Source: a bacterium (GTDB taxonomy: Bacteria > Patescibacteriota > Saccharimonadia > UBA4664 > JBBRNT01). From it: 64,000 bases of DNA. Every line of letters starts with the position of its first letter. Positions within the stretch are counted from its first letter, which is position 1. The translations under genes were made by a program, and so were the position numbers. The stretch lies in NCBI GenBank assembly GCA_043767845.1, contig JAYUFZ010000016.1, positions 2,523-66,522 of the forward strand, written 5' to 3'. Below the pieces are notes generated by a model that worked only from the letters and a program-made list of their open reading frames with translations, was not told where the DNA came from and searched no databases. Positions 28,775-38,658 of this stretch are shown here, in pieces.

Positions 28775-29477
28775 AGTTGGCGATATTAAAAAGGAGATCT
28801 TAGCCTCGGGTTCGGCCGAGAAAGCTAAGACCTCCAGCAGGTTCTTTAAGACGGGACTGGGGCAGTACGGAGAAGGGGACGTGTTTGTGGGGGTGACCGT
28901 GCCACAGCAGCGCACGATTGCCAAGCGACACTTGGATATGAGCGTAGATGAAGTGCTGGAACTACTGCATTCGCCCGAGCACGAGTTCCGCTCAGTAGCC
29001 TTAATGATTTGGACCTATCAATTCCCAAAGCTTGATGAGGGCGGGCGTGAGGCTATCTATCATGCCTACCTGGCCAACACCCGCTGGATTAATAATTGGG
29101 ATCTTGTCGATGGCAGCGCCCGGGATATAGTGGGCGCTTACTTGCTGGACAGGGACAAAGAAGTGCTAGTAAGGTTGGCCAAGTCCGGCTCCCTGTGGGC
29201 CAAGCGCATTGCTATTATTGCCACCCACGCCGAGATTATGGCCGGCCGCAGCCAGTGGACCTTCCAGATCGCCGATATCTTGATCGATGATCCGCACGAC
29301 CTGCTACAAAAGGCAGTGGGCTGGATGTTGCGCGAGGTGGGGAAGCGGGTGAGTCGGGAGGAACTGATCGACTATCTGTCGACGCGCTACAAGACTATGC
29401 CGCGCACCGCCTTGCGCTACAGCATTGAACACTTTGACCAACCAACCCGCCAAGATTATTTGGCTGGCCGGATATAA
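28767..29477 (+). CDS. DNA alkylation repair protein (AlkD-like)
   Basis: FFKTG.GQYGEGD, NNWDLVD, QKAVGWMLRE and PRTALRY motifs. Confidence 0.9.
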   Translation: MSKVGDIKKEILASGSAEKAKTSSRFFKTGLGQYGEGDVFVGVTVPQQRTIAKRHLDMSVDEVLELLHSPEHEFRSVALMIWTYQFPKLDEGGREAIYHAYLANTRWINNWDLVDGSARDIVGAYLLDRDKEVLVRLAKSGSLWAKRIAIIATHAEIMAGRSQWTFQIADILIDDPHDLLQKAVGWMLREVGKRVSREELIDYLSTRYKTMPRTALRYSIEHFDQPTRQDYLAGRI

Positions 29478-29500
29478 CCGCGATCGGTTACACTGGATCT

Positions 29501-30883
29501 ATGCAAAACTTAGGCCAACGCGCCCTCGAATTGATCCGGTCCCACAAAAAAACCAGTCTGCTCATTTTCATTACGCTGGCCAGTTTCACTACCCACTTTG
29601 CTTTTTATAGCCGTCAAGACATGGCCGTGTTTGATGAGATCTACTTCACGACTGACGCTCAAGATTACTACACCCACAAGTATTACTTTGACATTCACCC
29701 ACCACTCGGCAAATTGCTGATAGCTGCTTCGGCTTTGCCCCAGGGAATCCCGGCCGATGTGCAGTTCAAGAGCGAGCGTTACACCGGCACTCAGCCCAAC
29801 TACGCTCGTCTGCGCCTGCTCCCTACGCTGGCCGGTGTGGCTTTGCCGATCATTATCTTTTTACTAGCCCTGGAACTGGGGTTGTCGCTCGTGGGCGCTG
29901 GGTTTGCTGGCGGGGCGATTGTACTCGAGAATGCTCTGCTGACCCAGAGTCGGCTAGTGTTGATCGACAGCTTCCTGCTGCTGTTTGGTTTTGGGGCATT
30001 GCTGTGCTTCATGCGTTACATCCGGCTCAAGGGTTCGAAGCGCGGGCATTTTGGTTGGCTTGTGGGCAGTGGGGTGCTTGTTGGCATGGCTATTGGCATT
30101 AAGTGGACCAGCCTGGTATTCCTGGCCTTCATGGGGCTTTTGTATCTATGGCGCAATAGGAAAGTACTGGGCCACACGCGGGTTATCTGGCACGGCTTAG
30201 TGGGGCTCGTGATCGCGCCTTTGGCCGCCTACGCCATTCCTTTTGCCGTCCACTTTGCGCTTTTGACTAAGACCGGTACCGGTGATGCCTTCATGTCGCC
30301 GGCTTTCCAGCATACACTTGTTGGCAATAATTACGCTAGCCAGTCAGGCTACAAAAAGCTCAGCTTCAAGGACAAATTCCTGGAGCTGAACTGGGAGATG
30401 TTTGATTCGAATAAGTCGATTACGGGTGGGCACCCCTACGGTAGTCGCTGGTACAGCTGGCCACTGCTGCAGCGGCCCATCTGGTATTACGTCGATGGCA
30501 AGCAGTACATTTACCTGCTCGGTAACCCATTGCTGTGGTGGCTGGCGACGATTGCTGCCGTGGTAATGCTGTGGCGGATATTCGATGAGAAGAAGCAGCG
30601 CAAACTGGTCAATATATTTTTAGCCGGTGCCTTTCTGGTGAGCTGGTTGCCGTTTATGCTCATTACCCGGGTGATGTTTTTATACCACTATTTCACGGCC
30701 TTAATCTTTAGTATTTTGATGCTTGCGGTGCTGGTTGACCAGATCCCGCAGAAACGCAAAGTGGTGATAGCGCTGGCAGTTGTCTGCGGCCTGAGTTTCG
30801 TGTTCTTCGCGCCATTGAGCTATGGTCTGCCACTCAACGAAAAGGCCCTCAGCTGGCATATGTGGCTGCCGAGTTGGCGTTAG
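29501..30883 (+). CDS. protein O-mannosyltransferase (PMT/GT39)
   Basis: VFDE, DIHPPLGK, HPYGS.W..WP, GNP and FLYHY motifs; multi-TM. Confidence 0.9.
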   Translation: MQNLGQRALELIRSHKKTSLLIFITLASFTTHFAFYSRQDMAVFDEIYFTTDAQDYYTHKYYFDIHPPLGKLLIAASALPQGIPADVQFKSERYTGTQPNYARLRLLPTLAGVALPIIIFLLALELGLSLVGAGFAGGAIVLENALLTQSRLVLIDSFLLLFGFGALLCFMRYIRLKGSKRGHFGWLVGSGVLVGMAIGIKWTSLVFLAFMGLLYLWRNRKVLGHTRVIWHGLVGLVIAPLAAYAIPFAVHFALLTKTGTGDAFMSPAFQHTLVGNNYASQSGYKKLSFKDKFLELNWEMFDSNKSITGGHPYGSRWYSWPLLQRPIWYYVDGKQYIYLLGNPLLWWLATIAAVVMLWRIFDEKKQRKLVNIFLAGAFLVSWLPFMLITRVMFLYHYFTALIFSILMLAVLVDQIPQKRKVVIALAVVCGLSFVFFAPLSYGLPLNEKALSWHMWLPSWR

Positions 30884-30951
30884 ATGCCCCTAAATGTGAG
30901 AGTGGCCCCACCTCCGGAGAGATGGGGCCACTGGGTGGGCGGTGGACTCGG

Positions 30952-31365
30952 CTAGGCCGATTTGCGGCGGCGCAGCTGGATGACTCTGGCCTGCTGGTCG
31001 CCTTCGAAGTTCTCCTTCTGGTTGAACAGCTCGATGAACTGCTCGGTCCGGCGAACCACTGATGTGCCCTTTCCGAGGAGCTTCTTGCGCTGCCTGATGT
31101 AGGCGGAGAAGAAGGCGACGAGGTCGGGGTGGTAGAGGCGATGCATCGTCCAGTTGTCGGGCTGGCAGATCATCTGATGCTCGACCAGGTTGGTGACGAA
31201 CCGCTGGAGCGGAGTCCGGAACCAACTGGCCAGCGTAGTGGGGCTGACCCCGGTTTCACGTCGGACGAGCAGGCGGAGCTCTTCGTAGGTGAGCCAGCCC
31301 TCATCTTTCAGCTGCTCCGAATGTGTCGATGCCTTACCGCCGATGGTGGATACTGCTTTTTTCAA
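30952..31365 (-). CDS. hypothetical protein, possible HTH DNA-binding
   Basis: TTG start with AAGGAG RBS, TTGACA promoter and HTH-like LTYEEL...VSPTTLASW. Confidence 0.6.
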   Translation of the reverse strand: MKKAVSTIGGKASTHSEQLKDEGWLTYEELRLLVRRETGVSPTTLASWFRTPLQRFVTNLVEHQMICQPDNWTMHRLYHPDLVAFFSAYIRQRKKLLGKGTSVVRRTEQFIELFNQKENFEGDQQARVIQLRRRKSA

Positions 31366-31477
31366 TGAAGCTCCTTAAGCCTCTCGATGTACAGGAGCCA
31401 CCACTCTAACACAGAATTCATCACGTGTCAATAGATACATCGAGAAGCGAGCAAAACGGCAGGTTCACAGCAGTCGC

Positions 31478-31516
31478 AAAAGGGTACCTTTTCTCCCCTT
31501 AAGAAGGTAGGCTTCT
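31478..31516 (+). repeat. degenerate relative of the hairpin repeat
   Basis: AAAGGGTACCTTTTCTCCCCTTAAGAAGGTAGGCTTCT resembles 35768-35806. Confidence 0.55.
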
Positions 31517-31532
31517 TTGTTACAATAAAGTT

Positions 31533-31880
31533 ATGAATGTCGAAGAATACTGCCTCACCAAACTTGCCGCTGTCGAAGACTACCCATTTGGCGATGAAGT
31601 GGCGGTCTTTAAGGTTGGCGGTAAGATGTTTGCCTTGACCTCGCCGCCTGGTAAGCCGACTTCCATCAGTCTGAAATGCGAACCGACGCTGGCTATCTCA
31701 CTACGTCAGAAGTACCCGGCAATTACCCCCGGGTATCATTTGAACAAAATGCACTGGAATACTATCGATCTTGGTGGCACCGTACCAGATGCTGAGATTA
31801 AGCGGCTGATCACTCATAGCTATGAGCTGGTTGTAAGTGGCCTGCCCAGAGTGGGTCGTGAGGCCTTATCGGACATCTGA
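31533..31880 (+). CDS. MmcQ/YjbR-family protein
   Basis: FKVGGKMFA and PGYHLNKMHWNT motifs. Confidence 0.93.
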   Translation: MNVEEYCLTKLAAVEDYPFGDEVAVFKVGGKMFALTSPPGKPTSISLKCEPTLAISLRQKYPAITPGYHLNKMHWNTIDLGGTVPDAEIKRLITHSYELVVSGLPRVGREALSDI

Positions 31881-31918
31881 ACTTGATGGATCATCCCTGA
31901 TCTGCTAGAGTAGCCGGC

Positions 31919-32467
31919 ATGTCCGACAACCCGCCTATGCCCCAGCTCCTTTCCAGCAAAGTAATCCTCGATAACCCTCGCTTCTCAGTCCGTGAAGACA
32001 CTATCAAAATGCCGAACGGCCAGATCACCGATTACATCGTGGCCGAACCGCAGTGCGCAGTATTCATGGTGGCGACTACTATAAGCGGCCTCTACGTCTT
32101 GGTTCGGCAACTCCGTTATCCTCTGGAGCAGGAAACGCTCGAGGTCCCCGCCGGCATGCTACCAAAGGGTGTCAATCCACTGGTGCAAGCGCAATGTGAG
32201 CTGGAAGAAGAGATTGGCTTTCGGGCCAAATCCTTGGAGCTCATAGCCACCTTGCAGGCTTGGCCATCGCGTCAGGATAGAAAGCAATTCATTATCCGGG
32301 CCAGGGGCTTGCCCGACGAAGGCCTGCACTACGGGGGCCAGGAGCACGACGAAGCTATTAGCGCTGTGGAGACGTACACCAAAGCTGATGTACTGGAGAT
32401 GATCAAGGATGGCCGACTGCAGGTTCAAGAAACAGTCGCCGCGTTGCTCCTCTCGTTTCTTGAGTAA
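31919..32467 (+). CDS. NUDIX hydrolase (ADP-ribose pyrophosphatase-like)
   Basis: QLRYP and EVPAG...ELEEEIG motifs. Confidence 0.85.
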   Translation: MSDNPPMPQLLSSKVILDNPRFSVREDTIKMPNGQITDYIVAEPQCAVFMVATTISGLYVLVRQLRYPLEQETLEVPAGMLPKGVNPLVQAQCELEEEIGFRAKSLELIATLQAWPSRQDRKQFIIRARGLPDEGLHYGGQEHDEAISAVETYTKADVLEMIKDGRLQVQETVAALLLSFLE

Positions 32468-32512
32468 TTCCTATCGACCAACCGACCGCCAGTTCAGCTG
32501 GCGGTTTTTCAA

Positions 32513-33265
32513 TTAGCGCAGGGCATAGACGATGCTGACGCTAGCGCTGATCTCATTTTGGCCTGTATAGACCTGGCTGGGGACTGGTGCCACTTCGGAT
32601 TTGGCAATCATCGGTTTGCCGCCGGCTGAGCTATCATTAGCCATCATGGGAATCGTCCCACCGTAACCGCCCGATAGGTTGATGCTCTGGGCCTTGCCAA
32701 CTCGTAAGCCCAATTCGCTGGCCGCCTGGTCGGCCTTGGATTTGGCATCGGCGATTGCTTTGGTGCGGGCTTGGGCCTCGAGGTCTTTACGGCGGCTTTC
32801 GCTGAAACTCGATTGGGGTGAGGCCGAGCCAGTCAGGTTGGTAGTGAGCAGATAATCCTGAACCTGAGTGGCCAGATTTTTATCATGAATGGTAATTGTT
32901 ACCTGAGCGTGCCCGGTTTTGGTGGTGTCATCCCAACGGAAGGGGTAGTAGCCACTCCCAGCGTTGGAAGACGTGGCAATATCCTTATCGGCTACCCCGA
33001 GTCCTTTCAGGCCTTTGATCACCTCAGCTGTCACAGCGTTGACGGCGGCCAAAGCCTCTTTCTCGGTCTCAGCCTTCTTCTCGTAAGCAGGATTAAAAAC
33101 AAACTCATCGGGCAGGGCCTTAATGGTCGCGTCTCCGGTGATCGAGATAGTCTTGGTCGAAAAGGCTGCCGTCCAGGGTCGCCACACTCCCAACATGATT
33201 AAAATTATGACAAATAGTCCAGCGCTTAAGATCCGAAAATCGAGTTTGAATGTGATGTTTTGCAT
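32513..33265 (-). CDS. SIMPL (DUF541) domain protein
   Basis: TM anchor; ISITG...PD; AIADAKSKA; SVSIVY. Confidence 0.85.
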   Translation of the reverse strand: MQNITFKLDFRILSAGLFVIILIMLGVWRPWTAAFSTKTISITGDATIKALPDEFVFNPAYEKKAETEKEALAAVNAVTAEVIKGLKGLGVADKDIATSSNAGSGYYPFRWDDTTKTGHAQVTITIHDKNLATQVQDYLLTTNLTGSASPQSSFSESRRKDLEAQARTKAIADAKSKADQAASELGLRVGKAQSINLSGGYGGTIPMMANDSSAGGKPMIAKSEVAPVPSQVYTGQNEISASVSIVYALR

Positions 33266-33300
33266 AAATTCATTGTAGCACCCCAGCTGTACGAAAAGCA

Positions 33301-33368
33301 GTATACCAAACAAAAACCGAAAGTAAATAGAAGGTTACCTTTCTTCTGCGTGAAAAGGTAACCTTCTG
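33301..33368 (-). repeat. dispersed hairpin+promoter repeat, copy 3 (inverted)
   Basis: Reverse complement of copy 1 with a few substitutions. Confidence 0.92.
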
Positions 33369-33390
33369 AGCAATCAGCTACAATTGAGTA

Positions 33391-34191
33391 ATGAAAAACA
33401 TGGATGAGTTTCAAAAACTAGTGATTGACTATTATTCTCAAAGCGGCCGCCACGACCTGCCTTGGCGGCTTGATGTGTCGACGTATTCGATCGTGATTAG
33501 CGAGGTGATGCTGCAGCAAACCCAAGTGAGCCGGGTAATCCCCAAATACCAAGCCTGGATGGCCGATTTTCCAGATTGGCAGGCTTTGGCTGGGGCTAGC
33601 AACTATCAGATTCTGACAGCCTGGCAGGGTCTAGGCTATAACCGCCGAGGATTGTGGTTGGCTCAGACTGGAAAGACCGTAGCTGATCAGTATGATGGCG
33701 AGCTACCAAATGATCCGGCCGATCTGGTTAAACTCCCTGGAATTGGCCCCAATACCGCCGGGTCAATAGCTGCTTTTGCCTTTAATGTGCCTGTAGTATT
33801 CGTCGAAACTAACATCCGCCGCGTATTTATCCATCACTTTTTCGAGGATCAGGAGGGGATTGATGACAGCCAGTTGCGGCCGTTGATCGAGAAATCACTA
33901 TCCGATCAGCAACCGCGCATCTGGTATTGGGCTTTGATGGATTACGGATCCCATCTGGCGACCCAGCTGCCCAACCCCAACCGCCGCAGCAAGCATTACG
34001 CCAAGCAATCAAAGTTCCAAGGTTCGGCCCGCCAGATACGCGGTGAGGTTTTGCGCCAATTATTAGCTGATTCGAAGTCGCTCGATCAATTGCAGCTCCA
34101 GATCAAAGATGACCGGCTGATCAAGGTCTTATCGGATCTGATGACTGAGGGCATGATCGCGCTTGATTCGGATAACTACCAGATCAAGTAA
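33391..34191 (+). CDS. mutY: A/G-specific adenine glycosylase, short form without the FeS motif
   Basis: LPWR, SEVMLQQTQV, WQGLGYNRR and HhH LPGIG; no Cys cluster. Confidence 0.88.
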   Translation: MKNMDEFQKLVIDYYSQSGRHDLPWRLDVSTYSIVISEVMLQQTQVSRVIPKYQAWMADFPDWQALAGASNYQILTAWQGLGYNRRGLWLAQTGKTVADQYDGELPNDPADLVKLPGIGPNTAGSIAAFAFNVPVVFVETNIRRVFIHHFFEDQEGIDDSQLRPLIEKSLSDQQPRIWYWALMDYGSHLATQLPNPNRRSKHYAKQSKFQGSARQIRGEVLRQLLADSKSLDQLQLQIKDDRLIKVLSDLMTEGMIALDSDNYQIK

Positions 34192-34942
34192 GCGGCTTAG
34201 AGCTTGCCCAGATCACATCGTAGAGAGCTTGCATCATCTGGTAATGCTCGGCGGACTTCACCAACAGCGCGTAGCCACTAGCCAGCGAAGAGATATAGAG
34301 CACGCTTTGGTCATACATGAACACCGTGCTGCGGAAGTTGTCGCCGAGGCCGCTGGGCATCATCCGTATCTGGGATTTGTCGTAGAGGGCGGCGATGATT
34401 TTCGGGTCAATCGGCACGCCCCAGAGGTTGCGGGTACTAACCCCTAGATCGTGCCGCAGTTTCACATAGCGGCCCACGAATTCCTCCCCGAGCTGCCAGA
34501 AAAAGTTCGTCGTTGGTACGAGGGTGTCGATGCTGCGGCTGTGGCAGTAGGCGCTCTCCATGATAATGTTTTTGACCGCATCGACCCCTTCATAAAAGGC
34601 CACCTGCGGTTTATGGTCGCCGGCTGGCGACAGCTGGAACTGGGCGACAAATTGGTCGAGATCAGCTTTAGTTTTCTCGATCTGATGCTGCTTTTGAGCG
34701 ACTATGGTTTGCAGCCGTTTGAGCGGCTCTAATCTGAATTTACTACCATCATCCAGCCCGGTCTTGCTCAGCAATCCACGCCGTTCAAGCGAACTGAGGG
34801 CGTAATAGACAGTTGGCCGGCTGCGGCCAGTCACGGCTACAATGTCACGGGCCGCCAAGGCGCCACCAAGCATGGCCAAATACACCTCGGTTTCGGCTTC
34901 GGTGAGGTCTAATGCGGCTAATAGGGCGCGTGGTTCAATCAT
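34184..34942 (-). CDS. TrmB-family HTH regulator
   Basis: N-terminal wHTH (RPTVYYALSSLERRGL) and FYEG motif. Confidence 0.85.
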   Translation of the reverse strand: MIEPRALLAALDLTEAETEVYLAMLGGALAARDIVAVTGRSRPTVYYALSSLERRGLLSKTGLDDGSKFRLEPLKRLQTIVAQKQHQIEKTKADLDQFVAQFQLSPAGDHKPQVAFYEGVDAVKNIIMESAYCHSRSIDTLVPTTNFFWQLGEEFVGRYVKLRHDLGVSTRNLWGVPIDPKIIAALYDKSQIRMMPSGLGDNFRSTVFMYDQSVLYISSLASGYALLVKSAEHYQMMQALYDVIWASSKPLT

Positions 34943-35034
34943 GTGTCTAATCCTTATTATACATGCTTAACTATTTGCCCGGCTAGATCTATGATGGCAG
35001 TGTTCTTTCACAAGTAGCTCAACAAGGGGGAGTA

Positions 35035-35652
35035 ATGGCTAAGATCAATCTCATGCAGCACTGGGTGGATTTGTTCCCGAATGCAACGGTAGACGCGAGT
35101 TTGCAGGCTTATCGGGACGTCGTGGCTTACTACGGCGAGCCTGGCCGGTATTATCACACGCTGGTGCACATTGCCCCTATGCTTGAGGCGCAGCGTCAGT
35201 ACTTTCCAGATGCGTCCCGGAGTGTTCTGGTGGCCATCTGGCTGCACGACGTCATCTACAACGGCACTCCAGGCCAAGACGAGGCCGATAGCGCCACCTA
35301 TGCCGAGAAACTCGCACTAGAGCTGGGCGAGAGCCAGGCGTTCGCTTCCGAGGTTAGCGCATTGATCTTGACGACCGCTGGGCACATGCCGGCTGACGCC
35401 GCGAGCCAGATGCTCTGCGATCTGGACTTGCTCTCACTCGGCTGTAAGTCGGACACCTACAAGGCCAATACGGCCAAGATCCGCCGCGAGTACAGCCACG
35501 TTTCTGGCTTCCAGTGGCGCATCGGCCGCAAGGCCTTCATCGAGAGCTTTCTTGACCGGCCATTCATCTTCCACGACCCAGTCCTCCGTATCGAGTTCGA
35601 AGCCCAAGCCCGCCGCAACCTCTGCGCCGAGCTGACCGCGCTGTTCGAGTGA
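35035..35652 (+). CDS. HD-superfamily phosphohydrolase
   Basis: RYYHTLVH, LHDVIY, DLDL and IRREY motifs. Confidence 0.88.
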   Translation: MAKINLMQHWVDLFPNATVDASLQAYRDVVAYYGEPGRYYHTLVHIAPMLEAQRQYFPDASRSVLVAIWLHDVIYNGTPGQDEADSATYAEKLALELGESQAFASEVSALILTTAGHMPADAASQMLCDLDLLSLGCKSDTYKANTAKIRREYSHVSGFQWRIGRKAFIESFLDRPFIFHDPVLRIEFEAQARRNLCAELTALFE

Positions 35653-35767
35653 TCTGATCCATACAACACAAGCCCCTTGAGATTCAAATCTTTAGGGGCT
35701 GTTAATTATCAGATCAATAAACAAAAAAAGGCCCCCGCGAAGGGGCCTTTCGGCCCACCTATGTCCC

Positions 35768-35806
35768 AGAACCCTACCTTTTCTCCCCGTGAGAAGGTAA
35801 CCTTCT
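35768..35806 (+). repeat. degenerate relative of the hairpin repeat
   Basis: Keeps the right arm GAAGGTAACCTTCT. Confidence 0.6.
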
Positions 35807-35840
35807 TTTGGCCGGTCGCTATCTGGGGTAAACTAAGCTT

Positions 35841-36440
35841 ATGATTGTTGTCGATGTCCAAACCAGCGGGCTCAACCCGCGTAAACACTCCATATTGAGC
35901 ATTGGGGCCGTTGAGTTTGAGCATTCCGGGAACACGTTCTACATCGAGTGCCAGGTGGATCCTGATGCGGCAGTCGAGGCTAAGGCCCTCGAGGTGAACG
36001 GCTTTACGGAGGAGCAGATTGTCGACCCAAGTAAGCCGACTTTGAAAGAAGCGCTGGAAAAGTGGCTAGACTGGGCGATTGCGATCCCAGAGCGCACCTT
36101 AGCCGGGCACAACACAGCCTTCGACTACGCCATGCTGGAGGCTGCTTGCCGCAAATACGACCTGGGCTGGCCGTTTGGCAGCCGGACTGTCGATCTGCAC
36201 AGCCTAGCTTATGCCGATTATTACCGCCGCCAGCTGGAGATGCCTAAGCACGGTGGGGCATCGGGCATTACCGCCCCGATGGTGTTTGAATATGTCGGCC
36301 TTGAGCCCGGAACCGGTCCGCTCAACGGACTAGAAGTGGCTAAAAAAGAGGCCGAGGCCTTGAGCCGGTTTATGAGCGGGAAGACGATTATTGCCGAGTA
36401 TGGGAAGTTTGTATTGCCGGAACATTTGAGACGTAGCTAG
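35841..36440 (+). CDS. DEDD 3'-5' exonuclease-like protein
   Basis: VVDVQTSG and AGHNTAFD; the ExoI Glu and ExoIII residues look substituted. Confidence 0.8.
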   Translation: MIVVDVQTSGLNPRKHSILSIGAVEFEHSGNTFYIECQVDPDAAVEAKALEVNGFTEEQIVDPSKPTLKEALEKWLDWAIAIPERTLAGHNTAFDYAMLEAACRKYDLGWPFGSRTVDLHSLAYADYYRRQLEMPKHGGASGITAPMVFEYVGLEPGTGPLNGLEVAKKEAEALSRFMSGKTIIAEYGKFVLPEHLRRS

Positions 36441-36527
36441 CCTTGATAAATGACCTCTAGCGGCCTATAGTAGCCACGCGGAAGTGCCGCACGGTACTTC
36501 CAAGCCCTCGAGCGAAACGAGCCCCCG

Positions 36528-37361
36528 ATGCGTCCCGATGCCAGCTACACCCTGATCATCCAGATCGTCAATTTCCGAAGCAAGCAATTGCTTATCAACT
36601 TACTTAGATCTATCCAAAAACATCCTCCAAGTTGTGGCTATATGATCAAAGTACTAGAGAATGGCTCCGGCGATGACCTCTCCGATCTGGAAGTGCAGTT
36701 TCCTACGCTCGATCTCGCCGTCTACGAGACGCCCCGCAACTTCGGTTTTGGTGCCGGACATAATCTCTTGGCTAGGAAAGACCCCCTGGCGACCATCTTT
36801 CTGCTGCTACTGAACCCGGACTGCGAAATCCGCTCGCCAGGCACTGTCGACGGACTGCTTCGAGCACTGGGGGAGCACCCAGAATGCGCCGTTGCCGGGG
36901 CCCAAACCCTTGGATTCGACGGCAACCTGGCCGAGTGGGATCACGGTGAGATTGAAGGGCTAATAAACCGAGTTGTTGTCTCCGTCACGGCCTTTGGAAG
37001 GTGGAAGCGACGTTTTCATAGCGGCAGAGTGGCCTGGGTGTCTGGAGCCTGTATGCTCATACGCCGCAAGGACTTCATCGATCAAGGCGGGTTTGATGAG
37101 AGGTTCTTCATGTATTACGAAGAGGTAGACCTACAATATCGTCTTTCTGGGTCCGGGCGCTATGCCTGGTATGAAGCAACTGCTCAGGTATACCACAAAG
37201 GTGGTGGCAGTGGTGGTGATCGAAACACACTCATGGCGCTGTCCAATGAACACTTCAATCGCAAGCACCTCCGCCCATGGAATCCAGTTCACCTGGTCAT
37301 GCGCCTGAGCTGGTGGCTGCGTGGTCGCAAGACAGCTGGCGCTCCGCCAAGTCGACCATAA
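36528..37361 (+). CDS. GT2 glycosyltransferase
   Basis: NFGFGAGHN, LLNPD, GACML and FFMYYEEVD motifs. Confidence 0.9.
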   Translation: MRPDASYTLIIQIVNFRSKQLLINLLRSIQKHPPSCGYMIKVLENGSGDDLSDLEVQFPTLDLAVYETPRNFGFGAGHNLLARKDPLATIFLLLLNPDCEIRSPGTVDGLLRALGEHPECAVAGAQTLGFDGNLAEWDHGEIEGLINRVVVSVTAFGRWKRRFHSGRVAWVSGACMLIRRKDFIDQGGFDERFFMYYEEVDLQYRLSGSGRYAWYEATAQVYHKGGGSGGDRNTLMALSNEHFNRKHLRPWNPVHLVMRLSWWLRGRKTAGAPPSRP

Positions 37362-37420
37362 GGTCGGCTTTTTCATGTCTCAAGCCAGCATTTCTCGCCC
37401 AACTAAGGTAGAATGAGGCT

Positions 37421-38236
37421 ATGAATAATACTCCCACGCCCGCTTCCGACCTGCCCTTTTCTGGTAAGACAGCCCTCATTACAGGTGCTTCAAGCGGTAT
37501 TGGGCTTTCCCTCGCTAGACTTTTTGCGGCCGATGGCTGGAAGCTGGTGCTCGTGTCCCAAGACCAGGAGCGGCTGAGGGCGGCTGTGGCCCAACTGAAA
37601 GCTGATTTTCAAGTAACTGTGGTATCCGTCTGCCAAGACCTGACCATACCTGGCGCAGCCCGGATAGTCTACGACAAGCTGCGTAAGGCCGATATTAAGG
37701 TTGATGCCCTGGTGAACAACGCTGGTTTTGCCACCTACGGCGAGTTCACTTTGATCGACCCGGATCGTGAAACTGCTGAGATCCAACTGAATGTAGCGGC
37801 TGTCACCGAAATGACTAAACTCTTTGTGCCACCAATGCAGAAGCGTAAGCAGGGCTATGTGCTCAATGTGGCCTCGATAGCCGCTTTCCAACCCGGCCCT
37901 CTTATGGCCGTCTACTATGCTACCAAGGCCTACGTCTTGAGTTTCTCGGAGGCAATCGCAGAAGAGTTGGAGGGTAGCGGCGTGAGCGTTTCGGTAATCT
38001 GTCCTGGTCCTACAGCTACGGCCTTTGCTAGCACCGCCAAAATGAGCAAATCCAAACTGTTTAAGGGCAAATTGATGACCGCCGAGCAGGTGGCAGAGGC
38101 CGGCTATAGGGGACTACTCGCCGGCCAGCGTCTGATCGTTCCGAGCCGGCGCGACCAGGCGATGATCTTTGGCAGCAGGTTTTTACCACGCAAGCTAATA
38201 ACTAAAATTATCAAACAAGCCCAGGACCGTCAGTAA
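37421..38236 (+). CDS. short-chain dehydrogenase/reductase
   Basis: TGASSGIG, NNAG and YYATK motifs. Confidence 0.95.
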   Translation: MNNTPTPASDLPFSGKTALITGASSGIGLSLARLFAADGWKLVLVSQDQERLRAAVAQLKADFQVTVVSVCQDLTIPGAARIVYDKLRKADIKVDALVNNAGFATYGEFTLIDPDRETAEIQLNVAAVTEMTKLFVPPMQKRKQGYVLNVASIAAFQPGPLMAVYYATKAYVLSFSEAIAEELEGSGVSVSVICPGPTATAFASTAKMSKSKLFKGKLMTAEQVAEAGYRGLLAGQRLIVPSRRDQAMIFGSRFLPRKLITKIIKQAQDRQ

Positions 38237-38658
38237 TGGACCAGATGGGAGCAGCTGGATACTCCGGCAAACCACTAGTGGATAAGCTCGGTATTAAGAT
38301 TGACACTAACCTGGCAATCCTGAACGCGCCAGATAATTACGATGATCTGATCGGCGGCTGGCCAGTTGGCTCCTCTATAAGTCGCGATCTGAGCGAGCCA
38401 AGCTATGAATTTATTCATTACTTCGCGACTAGCCGCAGCCAGTTCGTCTCAGATGCAGCAGATCTGAAAAATCACCTCGAAAAGGGTGGCATGCTGTGGG
38501 TGAGCTGGCCAAAGCAGGGTTCTCCACTGGCCGGTGATCTAGGTGAGCAGGTACTGCGCGACACACTCCTGCCGCAGGGATTGGTGGATACCAAGGTCTG
38601 TGCCGTCGACGACAGCTGGAGCGCTTTAAAATTTGTATGGAGAAAAGCTACAAAATGA
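38236..38658 (+). CDS. DUF3052-like protein
   Basis: GYSGKPL..KLGIK, LWVSWPK and GLVDTKVCAVD..WSALK motifs. Confidence 0.8.
   Translation: MDQMGAAGYSGKPLVDKLGIKIDTNLAILNAPDNYDDLIGGWPVGSSISRDLSEPSYEFIHYFATSRSQFVSDAADLKNHLEKGGMLWVSWPKQGSPLAGDLGEQVLRDTLLPQGLVDTKVCAVDDSWSALKFVWRKATK

Noticed and set aside
33391-34191. FeS-less MutY as a novelty
   Set aside because: Short HhH-GPD glycosylases without the cluster are already known
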